Positions 53,492 through 64,000 of a stretch of DNA of 64,000 bases are shown in pieces; position 1 is the first letter of the stretch; each line of letters starts with the position of its first letter. The notes under the pieces were generated by a model that ran no database searches, was not told the origin of the DNA, and saw only the letters and a program-made list of their open reading frames with translations. Source of the stretch: Octopus vulgaris. Lineage: Eukaryota. The stretch spans positions 118,110,001-118,174,000 of the forward strand of contig OX597818.1 in NCBI GenBank assembly GCA_951406725.2. Direction: 5' to 3'. Position numbers and translations under genes: made by a program.

Positions 53492-54812
53492 GATAGATAT
53501 ATATATACCATGCATATACAAATGAGTTTCTGCGAAATTTGCAGAGTGGTTTTCGCATTTCTCTGCTTGGGTTTTACTCATTCTCCGATACAAGGCTCAG
53601 CATTCCGTTTGAGTATCAATGCGCATTATGAAATGGGCATATAGTGGTCATATTTATGAAAAGCGATAATGGTATGAATATACAAAAGATATCTATATTT
53701 CAATTGTGTTTGAATTTAATAAAGGAGGAGAGTATATTAGTATTATTCAAATACCAAACCCATAGTTAGTTTACCGTGAAAAATATAGATAGGGCGTCAC
53801 GAAATCCTTGGTGTAGGAATTAAACATTTTGGAATGGAAACTGCCTTTTCTTGTCAGATGAATGTCTTTGAATTTGTGGCATGATGGCTATACTTGTATG
53901 GGTACATGTAGAAATATTTTGGCATAGATTTTCTTAGGCATAATTCTCTCCCAATGCATCGCCAAACCAATTAGTGTTGTAAATAAAACTGATCTAAGAT
54001 CGCATAGTGTGGAACTTTAGACGGACACATTTTATCTTATTTCTTTACATTATCTATGGAATATTATTACCAATATATATATATTAGTGTTTTGGCGCAA
54101 ACCATGCAATGAGGCCCACGGGTAGCTTTTCTCTGCCCTCGGCGTTTCCTGTGCTTCGCTTGTTGTGTCTTTCTCCGTGCCTGGAGTCCCTGAAGATTTA
54201 CAACGACCATGGAATTGTTGACAGGGAAAATTAAATCCCTGGACGTAACCGTATGATCATATATAAATGTGTCTATGTGTGAGTATGTATCCGTGGGTGA
54301 ATGTGTGGTTGTGTGACAGAGTCCGAGATACAAATTATTCACCAATGATGTAATATACAATTATGAGACCATGTATCCATATTTTCGATCAATTCCTGAA
54401 TGGGGTAAGCCAAATTTTCTTGGGTGTAACCTGATTATATTGTCCGGTTTGATTCCATTATTCTTCGGAAATCGTTATACTCAACAAAATCGAAATAGAG
54501 TTCAATGTGCAAGACGATGTTATTTATGTTCAAAAGACTAGTGCAATTTGCTACCAATCAACAATACGCACACACACAGACACAACCCCCCCCACACACA
54601 CACATATTGGGTCGATGCATAATTATAGCAGGATGTTTTTTCAACCAAAATATAACATCTTTAAATGATTATTCCGGAGCACATTCACCATCTACTGTAA
54701 TTACTGCTTCCCATTTGCTTAGCAGACGATCAGACCGTCATTTAAAGATGTTTTTGTTAAATATTGTTATTGTTTTTATTGAAAAAAAGCCGCAATAAGT
54801 ATGCACCAACCG

Positions 54813-54867
<55 letters not shown>

Positions 54868-54970
54868 GTGAAATTATCGAATATAAATTTCATTAATATT
54901 AATTTAAAACCGGTGGTCTAGCATATTAGAATCAGAAGGTTCAGAAAATTATATTACATACATATGTATG

Positions 54971-55019
<49 letters not shown>

Positions 55020-55075
55020 CGTATATATACATATATATATATATATCTGTATATCTATATATACGTATTTATATG

Positions 55076-55153
<78 letters not shown>

Positions 55154-55158
55154 CATAT

Positions 55159-55210
<52 letters not shown>

Positions 55211-55215
<5 letters not shown>

Positions 55216-55508
55216 TAATTAGAGACAAAACCACTATTATGCAAATCAAACAAAGAAAGACTTAAGCCAATACATAAAAAATTTATATAAATTAAATATA
55301 ATTAAAATATAATTATATTTTAATTACATTTAATTTATTTATATAAAAATTTTTATGTATTGGCTTAAGTCTTTCTTTGTTTGATTTGCATAATAGTGGT
55401 TTTGTCTCTAATTAATATATAATATAATATTTTACTATAAAATTGGATTCAATCCTAAATCTGATTTTTCCCTGTAAATTTGGATTTATTCCCTAATATT
55501 TATTATTA

Positions 55509-55510
<2 letters not shown>
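55211..55510. repeat. About 205-bp palindrome plus extension, from the 35664 family
   Basis: attagagacaaaaccactattatgcaaatc.. mirrored about 55312; 55420-55510 is the inverse of 35664-35745. Flanked by (TA)n. Confidence 0.88.
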
Positions 55511-55577
<67 letters not shown>

Positions 55578-55896
55578 CATACGCCAAAAAAATCTCAACT
55601 TTTATTTAATTTGATTTTCGCGGGAAGAATTGTTTCATTAAATTCATGTATCACCTTGACCTTCGAAGGCGACTGAAGAAGGGGAATTTTCCTTGTTTTG
55701 TATGTCCTGTACTCTATTTTTTCGTTGTTTAAGAAAAGTGTCCATTTCTTTGGTTTTGTGCTTATGTTTTCGTTTCTCATTGTGTTCGACGTTTTTTTGG
55801 TGTCCTGTACCCATATATGCGTGCATATATACATGCAGAGGTAGGTACGTACATATATGTATGTATATATGCATATGTTTTATTTATTTATTTATT

Positions 55897-55930
<34 letters not shown>

Positions 55931-57137
55931 GGAAAAGAGTGGAAAATTGTTACTACGTGTTAATTAAGATAAATGTTATATAATAAACTCCACCATTGAA
56001 AATTTCTATCACATATAGATTGAATTATTTGGGAGTTCTGATAGATAGTTAATGATTTCAGATACCTATATGACTCTGTCCCAAATATAAAGGATCCTAT
56101 AAACCATGGACCCATATAAATTAATGTTTATAGTTTCAAATATTTTAAACTTTAAAAAAGCAGCAATTTCAATCAACTATTTATATGTTGTTGTTTTTTT
56201 TTCGTTAAGGCCCGCCATTTTTACGTTCATTCATATTATTTCTAACGCCGTAATAAAATATTGTAAATAATTAGGTAAATGAAACAACTTCGTTATCATA
56301 AATATTACGCACATTCATACGCGTACAAATACGTATATAACCATAAATACACATATGTATGCATATGTACACACAGACACTTATTGGCATGCGTGTAAAG
56401 TTATGAATATGTGCATATACATACATATATATGTGTATGCATATATATATCTACGCACGTACATGTGTGTGTGTGTGTGTGTGTGTTTATCAAGCATTTG
56501 TAGAAAGCTGTTCAGAGAGATGCATAAGCTTCGATGCTCTGTTTAAAGATACGGTGGATTTATCATCAGAATATATGATACAAAGCTACTATCGCTATAT
56601 CTTCAATTTACAAAGTCCAATGCAATGATTAATCCATCATATAATTTAAACCTTATATTCTTGAATGCCCGGCGTGTTAAAATAATGAAAATGATGTAGT
56701 AACTTTAATTCTGAATTAATACAGCATCTTTGTAAGGTAAAGTATGCAATATAAACACAGCTTCAGGACAAAGAATGAATTGCTCATTCTTCTGGCCATT
56801 TCGAAATACAGGGGGTCTTCCCTAACTAGAAACACAATGCAAATTATTACAAAAATCCAACAATAACTATTTGAAATTGATGTTGATGTTTAGTTCCAGC
56901 AACGAAATTTTGGTTGCTGAGTGGAAATTATTATAATGAAGGATTAAGATCGTGATTAATATAGATAATCGTAGAAAGACAGACGGACTTTTACATAAGG
57001 CAGTAGAGACATATCTGTGTACGGCCACCACTTTAACGGTTGTAAACTTTTTAGATGTCTCCATAGAATTCTGCAAATCGCCTTGGCGATTTCGTTGGTC
57101 AATTTCAGGATTATATATTCTTCGTTTAGACTGTTTT

Positions 57138-57442
57138 CTTATTTCTTTATTGCTCGCAAGGGGCTAAGCATAGAGGGGACAAGCACGAACAGTTAACGGG
57201 ATTAAATCGATTACATCGATCCCAGTGCATAACTGGTACTTATTTTATCGACTCCGAAATGAAAGACAAAATCAACCTCGGCAGAATTTGAACTCAGAAC
57301 GTAACGGCAGACGAAATACGGCTAATCATTTTGCCCGGCGTGCTAACGTCTCTTATTTCGTTATGCCCACAAGGGGCTAAACACAGAGGGGACAAGCAAG
57401 AATAGACAAAAGAATTAAGTCGATTATATCGACCTCAGTGCG
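57138..57442 (-). mobile_element. SINE family B units
   Basis: One and a half tandem minus-strand units. Confidence 0.85.
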
Positions 57443-58299
57443 TATTTTAAGCATTTATTAAGCGCAAAACGACAAAAAGTTGTGTGACCAATACATATTT
57501 TAAAGTTTTAAGTATTAATTACGCATTTAAAGACCCCCGCCCCCCAAAAAAAACCGTAAGCAAAGAATTTTGTAGTTTTAACAGCAGAAAAAAAAATCTC
57601 TGTAAACACGTGAAATATAGTTTTTCTAAAACACATGTGGTCCATACAGGACACTTCCCAATGCTTTGTTTATTACCATGGAAACAAGTCTATATGCATG
57701 TGGCTCTCGATTGACTAACATTATTCAAATTATGCAAATTTAAAAGCTATTAAATTTAAATTATTGATTTATGGCGAAGACGAATTTCAATACGCCAAAT
57801 TTGAAATCTATTGGAACAAAATTGAAAAAATGGAAAAGGGCAACCACAGAGAAAAGATCCCAGGAACATATATTTAGGTTTCTCTTGACATCACTTCACA
57901 GTATAACAAATTTAAAATCGTGTCCATAATTAAAATTGAGACACATGATTTGCTAGGACTCAAATCTAGATGCATATGACCGCTTTGAACATGTTTGTCC
58001 TTATTCTTAACCAGGCAGTTGCCATCTGCTGAATAACTACACTACAATTCAATTAATCCTTGAAATTCTAATGCGAAGCGAACTTTTGGGTGTGCCGAGT
58101 TTGGTTAATTCAACCATAGCAAACAACAGATTTTTAAAAGTCAGTCTTTGAAAAACATACAAATATAAATAGAAAATATACAATCTGATTTCATTATTTT
58201 ATATAAACACATACGTTCATAACAAGATATAAGTGAATCCGATGTATAACGTTGTATAAGGTTATAATATCCCATCATATTTTGTGTGGAGAATTCATA

Positions 58300-58345
58300 A
58301 ATATTATTATTATTATTTTTATTATTATTATCATTACAATTATTA

Positions 58346-58416
<71 letters not shown>

Positions 58417-58568
58417 TATTATTATTATTACAGTTATTATCATTATTATTATTATTATTACCATTATTATTATTATTATTACAATTATTATCATTATTAT
58501 TATTATTATTATTATTATTAATATTATTACTATTATTATATTTATTATTATTATTATTATTACAATTA

Positions 58569-58602
<34 letters not shown>

Positions 58603-58610
58603 AATTATTA

Positions 58611-58645
<35 letters not shown>

Positions 58646-58676
58646 TTTTATTATTATTAATATTACTTTATTATTA

Positions 58677-58714
<38 letters not shown>

Positions 58715-58773
58715 GTTATTATTATTATTATTGTTATCATTATTTTCATTATTATTATTATTATTAATATTAC

Positions 58774-58856
<83 letters not shown>

Positions 58857-58860
58857 CATA
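58300..58860. repeat. Long imperfect (TTA)n microsatellite
   Basis: Directly visible; source of the spurious 216-aa ORF. Confidence 0.95.
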
Positions 58861-59114
58861 ACTGTCGCACAGTATACAGCATCGTGAGGTTGTTGATTAA
58901 AGATATTGTGTTTATCGGGGATTTGTTATGTTAGTCAAGTCACAACAAGGACTATTATTATTATTGTTATTATTTAGGCTGTGACCTGTCAGAATCGTTA
59001 GCACGCCGAGTGAAATGCCTAGCAAGTTCAAATTCTTACAGCTCACAGCCTAAATAACAATAATAATAATAATAATAATGATAATAATGATATTATTATT
59101 ATTATTATTATTAT

Positions 59115-59115
<1 letters not shown>

Positions 59116-59184
<69 letters not shown>

Positions 59185-59215
59185 TGTAGTAGTAGTTGTA
59201 GTTGTAGTAGTAGTA
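59116..59215. repeat. (TAG)n microsatellite
   Basis: Directly visible. Confidence 0.95.
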
Positions 59216-60999
59216 GAAAGTGATAAATATATGGATATACCTGATATACCCATCATGAGTACCCGTTTGATTAGCGTGCAACAGGCACTAGCATCGCAGC
59301 CAAATGTGCGCGATATGGTGACCTTATATCAGGATAAATAGCGTATGGCCTTACGGGTGGGGCCTAATTAAAATTTCCATCAGGTCGAGTAGTTCACCCC
59401 ACTCAAAATTTCTCGGCATAAGGGTTGTTTAAGGATGACAAACGAAACACCCATGTATACAATGGTGAATTATTCAAACCCCGAAGAATCCCTCTCAACA
59501 CATATCTCTGATGCTCCACCACTACGCCAGTGGTTAGAAATGCACATATCGCCATATAGATCAAGAGATATATCCATGTGCCAGCAAATTCTAGTGAACT
59601 TTTCAACAAATGCAAGTGTGTGGGCAAATATCTTTTGGTAGACTGGAGGATTGAACAGCTGTCTCGCAGATTTTGGACATAACTTTTTCTGTTCCTTTAT
59701 TACAAGTTTTGCATCAATTTCCTCATTTTTTCTCGATATTTGTCACGTATCCACGTCCTGATTTTTGAAAAAGTATTACCCATGTATTCAAAGACCGGGG
59801 ATTGTTTGGATACACAGAGCCTGTTATAAAAACGTGCCTAGACACGTGCCTCGAAAGCAAGAAACTTTTAGCGGTCCGTATCTTTATACTATGTACATTA
59901 TGATATACTACAAGTTTACGTATACAGATTTATATTTTATGGGAAATGCTAATATAGCTTTACAATATTCTTGAAAATTTCTCAGTAGTAAATTGCTAAA
60001 GCACATTTTTAAATTGATAAATGGTCCCTGTGCTGGTGGGTTTCACTAAGTACAATTCTGAATCAACACTAGGTAAAAATATATTGATTTTTACATAAAT
60101 ACTACCGTGTAGTTTCAACATTTACTTATCTTGGTTTTCTTGTCTCTTCCAATATAGATTTGTTTTCCGCATGGTTTATAGGGGAAGTGAAGAAAAGATA
60201 TATTGTTGCGTGGAGTGTGTTAGGTTAGATGCCCGGATTTTACGTAATACTCGTAGATTATCGATAATAGATGTTTTTACAGATAAAGTATTGCGAAGAC
60301 ATTTTCTAAGGATGATTGTGAAATCAACGATTTTCCGAGAGTTCAACTAATTTGTGAGCACACACACAGAGAGACACACACGAACGCTTACATATGTAAA
60401 TACATACATACAAACATCCATACGCACGAATATACATCAATAGATAACAACGCACAAAAATATGTTTGAATTTGGTGTGTGTTTCGATATGTGTGGTGTA
60501 TGCGAACGTGCGTTTGTGTGTGTCTGTATGTTGGTGTAACTATACTCTGGATAATTGCTATCAGTCTGTAACCTGTTTTGTCTAACGTCTCTCAAGGTGT
60601 AAAACCTGCAGGGTGTTATGAAATTTAATGTAATTTCATTCACAAACGCACACACACACGTACATGCACACACTCAAAAACACATACACACATATTCACA
60701 TTCACTAATATGTGTGTGCCTTTTTGTTCTGTTTCTATGCGCATGTGTGTGCTTGAATGTAAGAATGCATGTTTTTTCTTTGAGTTCTTACGAAAGTTCA
60801 TGCTGGTAACTAAGCAGACGATAAGATATCTTTAAATATGAGAGCTGGAAGTGCATAGCTATTGTTAGATCATAATAATGCAAATATGACTATATGTGAA
60901 ACACTCAGCTTATACCAGCTTATACTACTGGACAAAAACGATTGCAGTGATTAAGGCTTGTTTGTTCCATTATATATATATATATATATACGAACCCAA

Positions 61000-61216
61000 T
61001 ATTCTTTTCTACTCTAGGCTAAAAGCCCAAAATTTTGTGAAAGATGACCAGTCGATTAGATCGAACCCAGTATACACCTGATATTTAATTTATTGGCCCC
61101 GAAATGATGAAATGTAAAGACGACCACGTCGGAATTTGAACTCAGAACGTAAAGATAAACGAAATACCGCTAAGCATTTCGCCCGGAATTCTAACATTTC
61201 TGCCAGCTCGCTGCCC
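61000..61216 (-). mobile_element. SINE family B variant
   Basis: ggaatttgaactcagaacg..tttctgccagctcgctgcc. Confidence 0.85.
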
Positions 61217-61224
61217 TATACGAA

Positions 61225-61495
61225 TGCAATATTGTAATAGCTTGGGATTCGAGGGACCACAGATTTTTAATTCTCTACCACAGAGCATCTGAGATCTGCG
61301 AGGTGTAGTCATGGAAGCCTTCAAAAAAGGTATAGACGATTTTGTTTGCAATGGTGGATGAAGGCACATCACGGCAAGAGGCTCAAAGAGAAGTGGCAAC
61401 GTCTAACACTTCATCAGAGGCACTACTAAAAAAATCCCCGGATGCAATAAAAGCATTGCTCCCGCATGGCCTCAGCTTCTGGCTTAAACCCTTCA
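61225..61495 (+). pseudogene. CR1-like LINE 3' end
   Basis: NSLGFEGPQIFNSLPQSI*DLRGVVMEAFKKGIDDF..DE..SN, typical of the CR1 ORF2 C-terminus. Confidence 0.7.
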
Positions 61496-61578
61496 AAGAT
61501 TATATATATATATATATATATATGTATGCAGGTATATATACATATGCACAATGTATTATATATATGTCGTTATGTATC

Positions 61579-61637
<59 letters not shown>

Positions 61638-62898
61638 ATGTGTGTGTGGGTGTGTGTGTGTGCGTGCGTCTGTGACTTTTTGTCAGTATACTTGTATGTA
61701 TGCGTGTGTATGCGAGTCTATGCCGTTGGGTATTGACATTCCTAACTATTGTTGACATAACTGCAAATCAATATTTTATGTGAACACATTGTATACTTCT
61801 AAACAAAAGCAAAAATGTATTTTATTACAGCTCCGACAATAATAGCGAATATTAAATCATGGGCCATAGACGCTGTATAAGATGAATGAGAAAAACAAAA
61901 GTATTATTTAAATACCATAGCTGAAAAACCATTTAAGAAAAATGTAGTATACATTTATTTTCCTTTATGTGAAAGCGTATATAATCCAGTTTTTTTAGAC
62001 ATCAAGGCGTAAGAAAAACATGTTGGACATAAAAGCAGAAAACAATGGAAACTACTTAGATAAAATATTATTTACGGTTAGAAGAAAAAAATTGTTAACA
62101 TCGTGTCAGCTAAAATAAATATAATGCCAAATAAAAAAAAAATATTTTAAAGATATGTGAATGCAACCGGTGATGTGGAAATTAGATCTATAAATGAAGA
62201 ATGTTATATGTGTGTGTGTTTGCATGCGTATATATATGAAATACAAAATGGGGCAAGGACGCAAAACATCCGGACAGCTAGGTGATACAAAAAGGGACAA
62301 CAAAACATCCAGATAAACGATACAAGAAAAACAAGGATGGGTTATTCGAAGGCCTCTATCCTCAGTCAAGCACCAGATTATCCTCGCAATTTCGGATGAT
62401 TTTTCTAGAGATTGCTCCATATATATATATATAGAAAGAGGTACCCTTTTATATACACCTTCGCAGCTGATAACTCACCGTGTCACTTATGATAAATACG
62501 TAATTTGCCGATTTCGTTGCAAACTGAGATATAAATCGATCCATTTTTATATTGAATCCATCCTGGTTTCCAAACGTACATCTAAGGATCTTCCTTTATT
62601 TCTTTGTAAAATCCCTGATCAGTATACAAACGCCCCGAAACATAGTTTTCTACTAATTTCCACTGTGCCTTGCTATCTTGGATCGTATTGTGAACATAGG
62701 TGTATTCGTACATAAAATGTCATTCCTTTCAAAGTTGGCTCTATATTCTATAGAATACCTGTAGAGATAACTTAAAGGCGACGAAAGCGCCCTGTTCACA
62801 CAAAAACGTCACGCAGAGAATTGGCTTATAAACCTTCAATATACTTGGTAGTATATTATTGTAACGAAATGAAACAAGGTATCCTTACGAGCAACTAA

Positions 62899-63188
62899 GT
62901 GGAGGCACATGGCCAAGTGGTTAGAGCAGCGGACTCGCGATCAAGGGATCGCGGGTTCGAATCTCAGACCGGGCGATGTGTGTGTTTAAGAGCGAAACAC
63001 CTAAGATCCACGCGGCTTCGGCAGAAGGTAATTGTGAACTTTTGCTGAATCTTTCGCTACAACTTTCTCTCACCCTTTCCACTTGCATCTCACCTGCAAC
63101 GGACCGGCGTCCCGTTCAGGTCGGGAACCTATACGCCAAGGAAACCTTATGAGCAAGGCGTCGCTTGAGAAGGAACAAACAACAACAG
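62899..63188 (+). mobile_element. SINE family A with TSD
   Basis: A box TGGCCAAGTGG, B box GGTTCGAATCTC, (AAC)n tail, TSD cgagcaactaa. Confidence 0.92.
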
Positions 63189-64000
63189 CGAGCAACTAAT
63201 GAACGTTATCTTGAACTCTCAAATACTCTTAAATGTTCAAATTCTATTGTACTATATGTTGGCTTTACTATTAAATAACCGTGTAATTATCCTTAAATAT
63301 CGATAGCAAGCCGCGCCCGTGATTATCATCCATCCAGCCGCGAGAAATTCAGAACTTTCCTACCTTTACGTTTCCAAATGCAAGGAAACAGTTTCACGTT
63401 CTAGAAATCTCTGATTCTTGAATCTTGGATCTTTTGCAACCAACTTACAGTAAATCACTCTTATACCCTTAAAAGACTTCCTTTCATTTCCTTTTTTGTT
63501 TCTTCTGCTCAATAAGCAAGACAAACATACCAATCAACTATGGTATCCACTGCAGTCGCTTCCAGTCACTACTCTCACGTCCTTCAATCAGCTAGGCCTC
63601 AACAGTTACAAGTAGAAATTCCATTGATCGATGTATGTTCAGTTCAGATCACTGATGCATTTGATAGCACGTGTTTTCTAGAATCTACCTCTGCTACCAC
63701 CGGTTTATTGACTTACGATGTTACACATCTCTCGGATATAAAGAACACCAATCAATGCACACATTTCTCTGTGTCTTCTAATGAGCTTCTTTCAGATCCA
63801 GTCACTGTCAGTTCTTGTAACTCGTATGTTTTCAAACACTGTCTACTGATCTTTAGCAATCTGCTTGTTGCAACGTCTGCCAACGACACCTCATAAGCCA
63901 GCGATGCCATTCTTTATTCTTATCTTGACTTTCTAAACATATACTTTATCGTGAATATGTGATAGCTTGACACACCTACACTAAATGCGTAAACAAATAA

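Noticed and set aside
54186-54244. GTCC-CTGAAGA..GAAA..GGAC hammerhead candidate
   Set aside because: The dinucleotide before stem I' is CT rather than UH, and stems II and III are poor.
55575-55815. Repeat-like block with CTGAAGA (similar case with CTGAGGA on the minus strand at about 62360)
   Set aside because: No matching GAAA or stems; probably repeat fragments, family not assignable.
59250-59640. Probable interspersed repeat fragment after (TAG)n
   Set aside because: Single copy in the window and no diagnostic motif.
63540-63896. 118-aa non-repetitive ORF
   Set aside because: No recognisable domain or splice evidence; needs BLAST and RNA-seq.

Overview
AT-rich, microsatellite-dense eukaryotic DNA with no host protein-coding exon that I can support. 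The SINE and microsatellite make-up resembles an octopus genome, but that assignment is an inference. Almost all listed ORFs are translations of (TA)n, (CA)n or (TAA)n repeats. The real content is mobile DNA: three tRNA-derived SINE families in many copies; a young 5'-truncated R4/Dong-type retrotransposon (RT plus restriction-like endonuclease, RLE) sitting in a (TAA)n tract, plus two decayed relatives; RTE and CR1 fragments; a decayed mariner; a MITE; three Helitron derivatives; and Penelope-like elements (PLEs), including a Hydra-clade-like RT/GIY-YIG copy nested inside a SINE and a Naiad-like RT fragment. The most interesting hidden layer is about 10 minimal type I hammerhead ribozyme (HHR) motifs from about 8 different sequence families. 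Most lie in microsatellite-flanked PLE-type terminal remnants that often fold back on themselves, and most have a short palindrome in place of stem III. They include a C3G/G8C swapped core (3463-3511) and an A6U core variant (33993-34028). All structures were folded by eye and coordinates are approximate to a few nt.
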